Of a DNA stretch of 64,000 nucleotides, positions 28,801 through 37,950 are shown in pieces. Location: positions 1-64,000 of the IMG/VR virus record IMGVR_UViG_3300017956_006678, one strand, 5' to 3'. A program made the translations under genes and the position numbers. Source of the DNA: a virus. Below the pieces are notes generated by a model, which saw nothing but the letters and a program-made list of their open reading frames with translations, was not told the origin of the DNA and searched no databases. Within the stretch, counting starts at the first letter, position 1. Each line of letters opens with the position of its first letter.

Positions 28801-28801
28801 G

Positions 28802-29485
28802 ATGAAAAACATTAATGACGTCGCAATTATTGTACAGGCACGACTTAATTCGCAAAGACTACCTAAGAAAATGTTAAAAGAATTTTGTGAAAGTAATTTA
28901 TTTGAAATACTTCTAACAAAGTTAAAAAGTTCAAAAATCATTAATGAAAAAAACGTATATTTGTCAATACACGAAAAAGAATTAATAGATGTTTCAAAGA
29001 AGTTTAATTTTAATGTTTATCTAAGAAGTAAAAAGTCTGCAAACGAAGATAATGATATAAAAGTTATTTATGAATGGTATAATAAACTTCCTTATAAATA
29101 CTGTGTCTTAATAAGTGCTTGTAATCCTTTATTAAAAATTGAAACTATAGACAATTTTATTTCTAACTATCTCAAGTCAGAAAAAGAAGGTGCCTTTGCT
29201 GTCTTTGAAAAAAAGACATATTACTGGAATAAAGAAGGGAAAGCTATTACAGACTGGGGTAGTCAAAAAATAATGAATACAAAAGAAGTTACACCTGTAT
29301 ACGAAGCTGCTCATTGTCTCTATGGCAGTAGATTAAGTTTTCTAGAAAACGAATATTGGATGGATAAAAAAACGCCTCCCGAACCTATGCTTTTTACAAT
29401 GAATGAAATAGAAGCTTTTGATATTGATTACCCGTGGCAATTTGAGATTGCAAAAAAGCTATACGAGGACCAAAAAAATGAATGA
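28802..29485 (+). CDS. neuA: Acylneuraminate cytidylyltransferase (NeuA/KdsB family)
   Basis: IVQARLNSQRLPKKM, CNPLL, EAFDIDYPWQF. Confidence 0.85.
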   Translation: MKNINDVAIIVQARLNSQRLPKKMLKEFCESNLFEILLTKLKSSKIINEKNVYLSIHEKELIDVSKKFNFNVYLRSKKSANEDNDIKVIYEWYNKLPYKYCVLISACNPLLKIETIDNFISNYLKSEKEGAFAVFEKKTYYWNKEGKAITDWGSQKIMNTKEVTPVYEAAHCLYGSRLSFLENEYWMDKKTPPEPMLFTMNEIEAFDIDYPWQFEIAKKLYEDQKNE

Positions 29486-30323
29486 TTTAAATTATCTTAC
29501 CGAAAAAGTATTGGATGCAAAAATACATACTGAACCTTTTGATCATATTATTATTGATAATTTTTTATCCGATCATGACTTAAAAATAATATTAAATGAC
29601 AAACAAATACATTTTGACACGTGTCAAAATACTAAAGATTTAATTAATACTCTACATGAAAAAAATTACAGTATACAGAGTTTTCCCGGATGTAGTACAG
29701 ATATAAAAGATTATCTAGATAAATATAAAAATAAGGTTTGGCCTAATGAAAGAAACGGTACACCTGTAGAAACATTTGGGCTAACATTTCGACTAAAAGA
29801 TTACGACAATCCTAGAATAGAAGAAATTGTTAAATACATGAGCTCAGAAAATTTTCAAAATGCAATTTCTAAAAAGTTTAATTTGAGTAAAAAAACTTAT
29901 GCAATAACTGCTATCCAAAAAAATCTTTCCTATTATGAAATAAGCCCACACCCAGATACAAGAAGAAAAGCAGCAACTTACTTGTTAAATATAAACAAAA
30001 ATGATGAAGCTGAAAAACTAGATGTTCACACACATCTTCTAAAATTTAAAGAAAATTATAATGATATTTATAGAATTTGGAAAGAAGAAGATCATTTTGA
30101 TAGATGTTGGGTACCCTGGGATTGGTGCACCACAGAAAAAATGATTAGAAAAAATAATACTATTGTAATATTTCCGACAACAAATAAAAGTTTACATGCT
30201 GTTAGATTAGATTATGACCATTGTAAATTTCAGAGAACACAAGTCTACGGTAATTTAATGTATGAGAACACAAATAGAGTACCTCAAAGAAATTATAAAA
30301 AGTTAAAGGAAAATATAAAATGA
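29478..30323 (+). CDS. 2OG-Fe(II) oxygenase
   Basis: EPFDHIIIDNFL, ISPHPD (HxD), SLHAV and distal QRT; ATG at 29478 preferred. Confidence 0.75.
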   Translation: MNDLNYLTEKVLDAKIHTEPFDHIIIDNFLSDHDLKIILNDKQIHFDTCQNTKDLINTLHEKNYSIQSFPGCSTDIKDYLDKYKNKVWPNERNGTPVETFGLTFRLKDYDNPRIEEIVKYMSSENFQNAISKKFNLSKKTYAITAIQKNLSYYEISPHPDTRRKAATYLLNINKNDEAEKLDVHTHLLKFKENYNDIYRIWKEEDHFDRCWVPWDWCTTEKMIRKNNTIVIFPTTNKSLHAVRLDYDHCKFQRTQVYGNLMYENTNRVPQRNYKKLKENIK

Positions 30324-31021
30324 GCTATAAGGATCTTAATTTTAAAATGCAAAAAGATTTTAAATTTTTAATCGATTCTGGATTGAAAACTACTTCTACT
30401 TTTTTAGATGTTGGTTGTGGCAGAGGTAGATTAGCACATGCAATTCATTATTTGCAAAATAAAAGTTATTATGGTTTTGATAAAGAGGATTATGTTTTAA
30501 GTTTTAAAAAGAAGATTAAAAATAATAGTAGATTATATCAGAAAAAGTCTCCTCAAATATTTAAATCAGAAATGAATAATTTTTTTGAAAACATCCCGTC
30601 AGATAAGTATTTTGATTTTATCTATGGATATTCGGTTTTTACACATGTAACTTTGGAATCAAAATTAAATTTTTTCATTAATATGAAAAAACATATACAC
30701 AAAGACACTAAAATTTACTTAACTTTTTTAATTTCAAAAAATAAATGTTTCTCTGGAAGTCTTCACAAAGACAGAAAAAATGAATTTAATGGAGTTTGGA
30801 ATACGGAAGAAAAAATTAAAAATTTTTTTAAAAATTTAAATTTTAATGCACAGTGGATTGGTTCTATAGAAAAAAATTGGGAAAATTCACTTAGACCTGA
30901 AAATATCTATAGATATAATGAAGAAGTATATTCACCTTTTGAAAATGGAGAGAAAACTTTTGTTGGAGACTATGGTCATCAAGATTTATTCTATATAACA
31001 CCTATGGATGATAAAATATGA
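30320..31021 (+). CDS. Class I SAM-dependent methyltransferase
   Basis: FLDVGCGRGRL, YYGFD, FDFIYGYSVFTH. Confidence 0.88.
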   Translation: MSYKDLNFKMQKDFKFLIDSGLKTTSTFLDVGCGRGRLAHAIHYLQNKSYYGFDKEDYVLSFKKKIKNNSRLYQKKSPQIFKSEMNNFFENIPSDKYFDFIYGYSVFTHVTLESKLNFFINMKKHIHKDTKIYLTFLISKNKCFSGSLHKDRKNEFNGVWNTEEKIKNFFKNLNFNAQWIGSIEKNWENSLRPENIYRYNEEVYSPFENGEKTFVGDYGHQDLFYITPMDDKI

Positions 31022-32133
31022 AAAAAATACTACATTTAGGAGCTTTTGATCGTAATATTGGTGACAATATAGCATTGATCAATGCACAAAAATTATGGAA
31101 AAAGAATATCAAAGAAGAAATACAATTTAAAAATTTTGATATAGGTAATTTTTGGAAAAATAATAATGATATTAATGCTTCAAAAAAAATATTTTCGAAA
31201 ATTAGCAAAGAATACGATTGTATTCTTGTTGGAGGGGGAGGTCTAGTTGAGTGTCAAGATCACCATGCAACAGGGTGGAAATTACCTTTTAATAAAAAAG
31301 TATTTCAAAGTATAAGTATTCCAACATTTTTCCAAGGTGTAGGTATTAATTGTTTTAGAGGCGGTTCTGAATACACAGATAAAGCTAAGAATTCACTAAG
31401 CGAAACGATTGACAACGCATCAGTTTTTTCTGTACGGAATGATGGTTCAAAGTCAAAGCTTGATAATTGGATTGGAATTAAAAATAAAAAAGTTATAGAA
31501 GTTCCTGATCCGGGTTTAATGCATTATAATGATCATGATATAAAACTAGAAAAATTAGAAAATCTAAATGTTAAAATTTTTGGAATCCAACCCGCGTGGA
31601 ACGGAGGTGGTGATCTTAAACCTGGAATTAACTTAGGAAGATTTATAAATCAAGATAATATCGACTTTATAAAATCATTAACTTCTAATATGAAAGTTTA
31701 TCCACATACAGGTAAAGATTTTAATAGATTAAAAGGAAAAACAATTGTCTCTCTAGAAGAATTTAAGACAAAATATCGATACATTAAAAATACTTATGAT
31801 TTTATTAACAAATACAATGAAGTGGATTGTGTTATTGCAATGAGAGGGCATGGTCAACTTATAACAATAGGAATGAATTTACCGGGAATATATTTAAGTA
31901 CTCAGGATAAAGTAAGAGATTTTTCCTTATTGAATGGTTTTGAAGATTACAATGTTGACATTCTTGAAGATAATTGGCAAGATAAATTAAAAAATTATAT
32001 TTATCTAATGAAAAACGAAGAAGAATACGTTAAAAATTGGTTTAATATTAGAAAAAATAAAATTAAAAAGTGGAAAAATCAAGATAGTGACTTTATTAAT
32101 GAATGCATGAGAGTATTAAAATGGAATGTGTAG
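31018..32133 (+). CDS. Polysaccharide pyruvyl transferase family protein
   Basis: NIGD, VGGGGL, GVGI, SVRNDGS, VPDP, AMRGH. Confidence 0.88.
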   Translation: MKKILHLGAFDRNIGDNIALINAQKLWKKNIKEEIQFKNFDIGNFWKNNNDINASKKIFSKISKEYDCILVGGGGLVECQDHHATGWKLPFNKKVFQSISIPTFFQGVGINCFRGGSEYTDKAKNSLSETIDNASVFSVRNDGSKSKLDNWIGIKNKKVIEVPDPGLMHYNDHDIKLEKLENLNVKIFGIQPAWNGGGDLKPGINLGRFINQDNIDFIKSLTSNMKVYPHTGKDFNRLKGKTIVSLEEFKTKYRYIKNTYDFINKYNEVDCVIAMRGHGQLITIGMNLPGIYLSTQDKVRDFSLLNGFEDYNVDILEDNWQDKLKNYIYLMKNEEEYVKNWFNIRKNKIKKWKNQDSDFINECMRVLKWNV

Positions 32134-32831
32134 TATGTAGCTCAACCACTCATCAGATAAAAAAAGACATATATGAGTGTAAAGATTGTGGTCATATATA
32201 TGTGAACTATATGGGTGACGGATTAGATTATCACAAAAACACACATAGAAGAGACAAAAAAAGTGGAATTAGAGGGAACAATGAGATTGATGGTGAAACA
32301 TTTACGCAAGCTTTTCACGATAGACGAAAAATTATATGTGATAATAGAAAAAAATATATAAAACCTTATATTGAAAACTTGAATAGTATTTTAGACATAG
32401 GCGCTGGAGGGGGAACTTTTTTAAATCACGTATCTAAATCATTTAATACACTGCATAGTACTGAAATAAGCACTATATGTATAAATAATTTAAAAAAACA
32501 AGGTTACTATGTTTATGAAGGAAACTTTTCTGATTTAAAAATTATTAAAAAATATGATGTTGTTACATGTTGGCACGTTTTAGAACATGTCAAGGAGATG
32601 AATTCTTTTATTGATAAGTTAAGTCTCGTAACAGGAAATTATCTTTTTTTAGAAGTACCTACTAAGCGTGGTTTAATTAATGATGTACAAGAAAATTTTG
32701 ATGGCCATTATCATTATTTTTCTAAAAATTCTTTAAAAATAAAACTAGAAAAAAATTTTAAAATAGTTAAAATTGAAGAACCAGGAATACAGAAACCCTC
32801 TATAACCGTAGTAGCTGTACCTAAATCATGA
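32121..32831 (+). CDS. Class I methyltransferase with N-terminal Zn ribbon (Methyltransf_23-like)
   Basis: CVVC...CKDC, ILDIGAGGGTFL, WHVLEH, LEVP. Confidence 0.88.
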   Translation: MECVVCSSTTHQIKKDIYECKDCGHIYVNYMGDGLDYHKNTHRRDKKSGIRGNNEIDGETFTQAFHDRRKIICDNRKKYIKPYIENLNSILDIGAGGGTFLNHVSKSFNTLHSTEISTICINNLKKQGYYVYEGNFSDLKIIKKYDVVTCWHVLEHVKEMNSFIDKLSLVTGNYLFLEVPTKRGLINDVQENFDGHYHYFSKNSLKIKLEKNFKIVKIEEPGIQKPSITVVAVPKS

Positions 32832-33652
32832 TTAATTACGAAAAATATTTTAAAAAATGTCAAGAAATTTTTACCGGTAACAAACCTAGTAGAAACAGTT
32901 CTCTTTTTATTGATAATCTAGGTTGTGAAATATTCAATCCGGAAAAGAAAAATAAAATTTTTAAATTTTATAAAAGTTATAATGATGACGTACATGAAGC
33001 TTTTATTTATTCAGACAATAAAATTAAAAATCGTGTCGATCTTTTTGATACTAATCATAAAAACATAATCAAGGTAGATAATTGGAAAGATTGTCCTGCA
33101 ATTTATAGATTAGGTAATTTTTGTGCACGTGTAGCTGAAGAAAATATATATGGTAGTAATGCAATTGTAGAGTCTATTTTAATTTATAAGAATTTACTTG
33201 GTGGTCCAAAAAGATCTTCGTGGTTATGGCACTATGACGATAACGTACACCAGCAAATTAAAATTATGATTTATTTAAATGACGTCACTGATAAGACAGG
33301 TGCCATGCAAGTATTAAAAAAAGAGGATGGAACTTCTACAAAATTTTTATCGTCAAAAATAAGCCCAATTAAAACTGACAAGTCAAAACAGCTATTTGGT
33401 ACTAGTCGCTTACCTGAACAATTTATTGAACAACAAGAAATAATAACAATTTCAGGAAAAAAAGGAACTTTTATTGTTTTTGATCCTAATACTCCTCATA
33501 GAGCTACTTTAGCTTCTAATAAAGAGACACGTATGTGTGTAGTTTTTAATTTAAGACCTTATCATAAAAATAAAAATAAAAAAATTGATCGATCAACAAA
33601 AACTTGGAGTACACTAGGTAATGTAAAAAAATTTAGCACCAGTATGGATTAA
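32828..33652 (+). CDS. PhyH-like 2OG-Fe(II) dioxygenase
   Basis: LWHYD, KIMIYLNDV...GA, GKKGTFIVFD..TPHRA, ETR. Confidence 0.8.
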   Translation: MINYEKYFKKCQEIFTGNKPSRNSSLFIDNLGCEIFNPEKKNKIFKFYKSYNDDVHEAFIYSDNKIKNRVDLFDTNHKNIIKVDNWKDCPAIYRLGNFCARVAEENIYGSNAIVESILIYKNLLGGPKRSSWLWHYDDNVHQQIKIMIYLNDVTDKTGAMQVLKKEDGTSTKFLSSKISPIKTDKSKQLFGTSRLPEQFIEQQEIITISGKKGTFIVFDPNTPHRATLASNKETRMCVVFNLRPYHKNKNKKIDRSTKTWSTLGNVKKFSTSMD

Positions 33653-33653
33653 G

Positions 33654-34385
33654 ATGTTAATATACAATACACACAACATGACAAAACTAACAAATAATGT
33701 TAATAAAAAAAATATTCTTATTTTAGGATCAGGACCTTCAGCAAGAGAGGTTGATTGGGAAAGTATAGATTTTGATACAGTAATTACAACAAGTTTTTTT
33801 TACTTGAATGAAAAAGTTTTAGAAAAATCAATATGTCACATAAGCTTATCAAAATTAGTAGATCTAGAAAATCCAAAACTTTTAGATTATTTGAGAAAAA
33901 ATAAAAATTGTACTATTTCTTTTGAACCTAAAATAAGTAAACATTTAAAAAATAAAAAAGGTCAAAAAGAAGAAGAAATAATACGATTTGTAAATAGTTC
34001 TCATAAATTTTATACCACAAAAGTTTTTAATAAATTTTATAAAGAATTCTCAGATAGAATATTTTTTTATAGAGCAGAAGGAGGTTTAGAAGGATTGGCA
34101 GGAAGAATATTTTGGCCGACTATTTTAGGTCATCCTAATAAAATATATTTTTGCGGTTTAGATGGTGTTTCAAAAAATACAAATTTAGACCCAAGAAACT
34201 ATTTTCGAAAACACAAGGGAACAACTGACAAACATTACTCATATGAAGAATATAAAAAATCTTTTGAAAATTATGCACAAAGAATGTATAATGCTGCTAA
34301 AGATAAAAAAATTAAAGTAATTAACTTAGGTAAAGGAAAGAATTATAATTTAATGACAAACATTAGTATAATCTATGAGACATAA
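33654..34385 (+). CDS. Cst/GT42-like (or Maf/DUF115-like) nonulosonic acid transferase
   Basis: ILILGSGPSAREVDW..IDFD...FFY and IYFCGLDG resemble Campylobacter CstII IIAGNGPSLKEIDY...NQFY and IYLSGIDF. Confidence 0.6.
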   Translation: MLIYNTHNMTKLTNNVNKKNILILGSGPSAREVDWESIDFDTVITTSFFYLNEKVLEKSICHISLSKLVDLENPKLLDYLRKNKNCTISFEPKISKHLKNKKGQKEEEIIRFVNSSHKFYTTKVFNKFYKEFSDRIFFYRAEGGLEGLAGRIFWPTILGHPNKIYFCGLDGVSKNTNLDPRNYFRKHKGTTDKHYSYEEYKKSFENYAQRMYNAAKDKKIKVINLGKGKNYNLMTNISIIYET

Positions 34386-34403
34386 GATAGAGGGAGGATA
34401 TTA

Positions 34404-35225
34404 ATGAAAATTAAAAAAATAATTTTAGGAAAAGGTAAAGTATCATCTGTGATTACTGATAAAGAGAGTGTTGTTTTAGATAAAAAACAATGTAATATAT
34501 TAAATATTAATGATTTAAATAACGTCATTAATAAATACAAACCTGAAATAATAATAAACTGTGCTGCAAAAACTAATTTAGAATATTGTCAAGAAAATAA
34601 AATAGATTGCTTTGAAAGTAATACTCGTGGTGTTTTAAATTTAATTGAAATATGCTCTTTAAAAAAAATAAAACTAGTTCATATTAGTAGTGGTTGTTTA
34701 TTTGATGGTAATGAGTTTATCGCAAATGAAAAGACACACGTTTCACCTAAGGTTTGGTATACATGGACAAAAGCATGGGCAGATCAAATAATAGAAAATT
34801 ATGGTTACGAAAATTATCTAATATTGAGACCTAGACAACTCATATCCTGCAAACCACATCCAACAAATATGTTAACAAAGTTTTCTAAAATGAAAAAAAT
34901 ACCTGCAATCAAAGAACCGAATTCAATTACATGTCTAGAAGACTTTAAAGAAATCATTAATCATTTAATAAAAATAGATGCTGTTGGAATTTACAATTGT
35001 GCTAATGAAGGGGTTGTAACGCCTTATGATATTGCAATAGGAGTAAAAGAAAAAATTAATCCATCGCTAGTCGTTGTAAAAGAAACATATGAAAATCTAT
35101 TAAAACAGCTACCTAACAGAAGAGTCAATACAATACTTAGCATTACAAAACTTAAAAATTCTGGGTATACACCTAGATCAGCCAAAGATGCACTTAACTG
35201 GTGTTTAGAAAACTATGGAAAATAA
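34404..35225 (+). CDS. RmlD-like NAD(P)-dependent sugar-nucleotide reductase/epimerase
   Basis: KPEIIINCAAKT, VHISSGC, YTWTK (YxxxK), ILRPR, GIYNCAN. Confidence 0.82.
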   Translation: MKIKKIILGKGKVSSVITDKESVVLDKKQCNILNINDLNNVINKYKPEIIINCAAKTNLEYCQENKIDCFESNTRGVLNLIEICSLKKIKLVHISSGCLFDGNEFIANEKTHVSPKVWYTWTKAWADQIIENYGYENYLILRPRQLISCKPHPTNMLTKFSKMKKIPAIKEPNSITCLEDFKEIINHLIKIDAVGIYNCANEGVVTPYDIAIGVKEKINPSLVVVKETYENLLKQLPNRRVNTILSITKLKNSGYTPRSAKDALNWCLENYGK

Positions 35226-36165
35226 TTGTTATAACATATTACTAACAGGATGTGCAGGCTTTATAGGCAGTCATGCAGCAGAGTGTTTTGTTAAAGATAA
35301 AAGATATTTAGTCGCAGGGGTTGATAAAATGACCTATGCATCGGATCAAAAAAATATTAAAATGCTATCAAATTATGATAATTTTAATTTTTACAAAGGT
35401 GATATATGCGACAAAATGTTAATTGAAAATATTGTAAAAAAATATAATATTAGATGGATAATAAATTTTGCTGCTGAAACACACGTTGATAATTCAATTG
35501 AAGATGCTACTGATTTTTTAAAATCAAACTTTTTAGGTGTACATAATCTTCTTGAAATTTGTAAAAATAAAAAGATAAAACTTTTTCAAATTTCAACAGA
35601 TGAGGTTTATGGAGAAGCTAAAGAATATTCTTACAAAGAAAATAATATGTTAGATCCAAGAAATCCTTATTCAGCTAGCAAAGCAGCTGCAGAACACTTA
35701 ATTAATTCTTATGCAAATACATATCAAGTTGAATATATCATAGCTAGACCGTCTAATAATTACGGCCCTAGGCAACATAAAGAAAAGTTCATACCTAAAA
35801 TACTTATGAATTTAAAGAATCGTAAAAAAGTACCTGTGTATGGATCAGGATTACAAATTAGAGAATGGACATATGTCAAAGATACAGTTAACGCTATAAA
35901 ATTTATATTAGAACATTCTGATTTAAATGAATGTTATAATATTTCATCTAATATTGAAATGAAAAACTTGGAAGTCTTAGATTTAATATGTGAAAAAACA
36001 AATAATGACGCGTCGAAAGTTATTAAATTTGTTAAAGATAGAAAAGGGCATGACAATCGATATTCAATTAATAGCGATAAATTGAATAAGTTAGGTTATA
36101 AAAATTATTTAGACTTTAAGTCAGGTTTAAATAATACAATTAAATATTATTTGGAGAAAAAATGA
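35215..36165 (+). CDS. rmlB: dTDP-glucose 4,6-dehydratase
   Basis: TGCAGFIGS, FAAETHVDNSI, ISTDEVYG, PYSASKA, SNNYGPRQHKEKFIP, DRKGHD.RY. Confidence 0.93.
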   Translation: MENNCYNILLTGCAGFIGSHAAECFVKDKRYLVAGVDKMTYASDQKNIKMLSNYDNFNFYKGDICDKMLIENIVKKYNIRWIINFAAETHVDNSIEDATDFLKSNFLGVHNLLEICKNKKIKLFQISTDEVYGEAKEYSYKENNMLDPRNPYSASKAAAEHLINSYANTYQVEYIIARPSNNYGPRQHKEKFIPKILMNLKNRKKVPVYGSGLQIREWTYVKDTVNAIKFILEHSDLNECYNISSNIEMKNLEVLDLICEKTNNDASKVIKFVKDRKGHDNRYSINSDKLNKLGYKNYLDFKSGLNNTIKYYLEKK

Positions 36166-37004
36166 ATATTGGAATTATAGGGCAAGGATTTGTGGGTTCT
36201 GCAATAAGAGAAGGTTTAAAAAACTTTTATAAAATAAGAACATACGATATCGATTCTTCTAAATGTAATAGCACACATAGAAAAGTTTGCTTAGAATCAG
36301 ATATTATTTTTATGTGTTTGCCTACACCAATGCGTAAAAATGGATCTTGCGATACAAGAATATTAGAATCAGCAATTCAAAAAGTTGACATAACTGTCGA
36401 CCAACGTGATAGCCGACCAATTATAGTTATAAAGTCAACAGTTCCACCAGGTACTACAGAAAGACTAAGTGACATCGTGAACCACTGTGATGTCTGTTTT
36501 AGCCCAGAATTTTTAACAGAAGCAAATTCTTTTGATGACTTTAAAAATCAAAGTAGAATTATTATTGGAGGACCTAGACCTGCAACAGGTAAAGTAAAGC
36601 AAATGTTTAGAAAAGCTTTTCCAACAATACCGATCGTAAAAACAGGTACAAAGACAGCAGAAATGACAAAATACTTCATAAACTGTTTTCTTGCGTCAAA
36701 AGTAACTTTTGCAAATCAAATGTATCAAATTTGTGCGAATAATAATATAGACTACGACAAGGTATGTGAATATGCTTTGTATGATCAAAGAATTGGAAAG
36801 AGTCACTTAGCTGTACCCGGTCCAGATGGAGACTTAGGTTTTGGTGGACATTGTTTCCCTAAAGATCTAGCTGCAATGATTAATTTTGGCGTGAATAATG
36901 AGGGAGACACTGATTTTCTCAAAGCAATTGAAGATTTTAATAATAAATGTAGAAGATTTAAAGACTGGGAGCAAATGAAAGGAAGAGCTGTAAGTGAAGA
37001 TTAG
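36162..37004 (+). CDS. ugd: UDP-glucose/GDP-mannose dehydrogenase family, lacking the C-terminal domain
   Basis: GQGFVG, CLPTP, KSTVPPGTT, SPEFL, AEMTKY, GFGGHCFPKD; only 280 aa. Confidence 0.85.
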   Translation: MNIGIIGQGFVGSAIREGLKNFYKIRTYDIDSSKCNSTHRKVCLESDIIFMCLPTPMRKNGSCDTRILESAIQKVDITVDQRDSRPIIVIKSTVPPGTTERLSDIVNHCDVCFSPEFLTEANSFDDFKNQSRIIIGGPRPATGKVKQMFRKAFPTIPIVKTGTKTAEMTKYFINCFLASKVTFANQMYQICANNNIDYDKVCEYALYDQRIGKSHLAVPGPDGDLGFGGHCFPKDLAAMINFGVNNEGDTDFLKAIEDFNNKCRRFKDWEQMKGRAVSED

Positions 37005-37032
37005 TGTAAATAAATAATAAGCTATGTATAAT
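37004..37032 (+). promoter_or_regulatory. Putative sigma70-type promoter GTGTAA-17bp-TATAAT
   Basis: GTGTAA at 37004-37009, 17 nt spacer, perfect TATAAT at 37027-37032, AGGAG SD downstream. Confidence 0.65.
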
Positions 37033-37049
37033 CATATTAGGAGATTAAT

Positions 37050-37895
37050 ATGAATGAAAACAATGCCCAATTCCCAACAGGTAAACCACATATTTCATTT
37101 TCAGAAATCAAACAATGGAAAGAATGTGGATATCGTCACAAACTAGTCTATATAGATAAAATTGACACTTTTGAAGATTCACCTTATCTTCATTTTGGAA
37201 CAGCAGTTCACGAAGGATGCGAGAGCTTATTAGAGACAAAGAAAATCGACCGTGATAAAATACTAGGGGTTATGAAAGAAAGTTGGCAGAAAGCTGGATT
37301 TGAGAACCCAGCGTGGTATTCTAAGCAACCTTCTTGGTATAAGCATGAACCTGTTGAAACATGGGAAACTTGGGCTAATAATATGTGGGATGAAGTTATA
37401 ACTTTTCTAGATAAAGAATTGACAGGTTGGGAATGTTTTAAAGCAGAAGAAGAATTGTATGAGCCTATTGAGAATCTTAAAAAACCTTTATCCTTTAAAG
37501 GATTTATTGATGGTGTTCTTAAAGTACCTAAAAAGAGAGGTCAGGGTCATGAATACTGGATTATTGACTGGAAAACAGCAGGTCCAGGTGGTTGGAGAAG
37601 AGATAAAAAACAAGATTTAGGTATGACAGCACAATTAATTCTTTATAAACATTTTTGGGCAAAGAAACACAACATTCCACTTAAAGATGTTAGATGTGCT
37701 TTTATATTATTGAAGCGGGGTGCTAAACAAGGAAAAGTATGTGATATTGTTAAAGTTTCTGTAGGACCTAAAACATATATCAAAGGAATTAAACTTATGA
37801 GAAATATGATAAAGACAGTTAGAAAAGGAATGTTTCTTAAAAATAGAAATAGTTGTAAATTTTGTCCTTATGAAAATACAGAACATTGCACATAA
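37050..37895 (+). CDS. PD-(D/E)XK nuclease, Cas4/AddB-like with Fe-S staple
   Basis: SFSEI....EC, FGTAVH, EEEL, GFIDG, IIDWKT, QLILY and C-terminal CKFCPY....HC. Confidence 0.88.
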   Translation: MNENNAQFPTGKPHISFSEIKQWKECGYRHKLVYIDKIDTFEDSPYLHFGTAVHEGCESLLETKKIDRDKILGVMKESWQKAGFENPAWYSKQPSWYKHEPVETWETWANNMWDEVITFLDKELTGWECFKAEEELYEPIENLKKPLSFKGFIDGVLKVPKKRGQGHEYWIIDWKTAGPGGWRRDKKQDLGMTAQLILYKHFWAKKHNIPLKDVRCAFILLKRGAKQGKVCDIVKVSVGPKTYIKGIKLMRNMIKTVRKGMFLKNRNSCKFCPYENTEHCT

Positions 37896-37950
37896 ATGTT
37901 TACTTTAATGGTCTGTAAGATAAAATTATCTCTAATTAAAGAGGTAATTG

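Noticed and set aside
37050-37895. CRISPR-Cas locus suggested by the Cas4-like nuclease
   Set aside because: No repeat-spacer array or other cas genes, and no intergenic room for an array.
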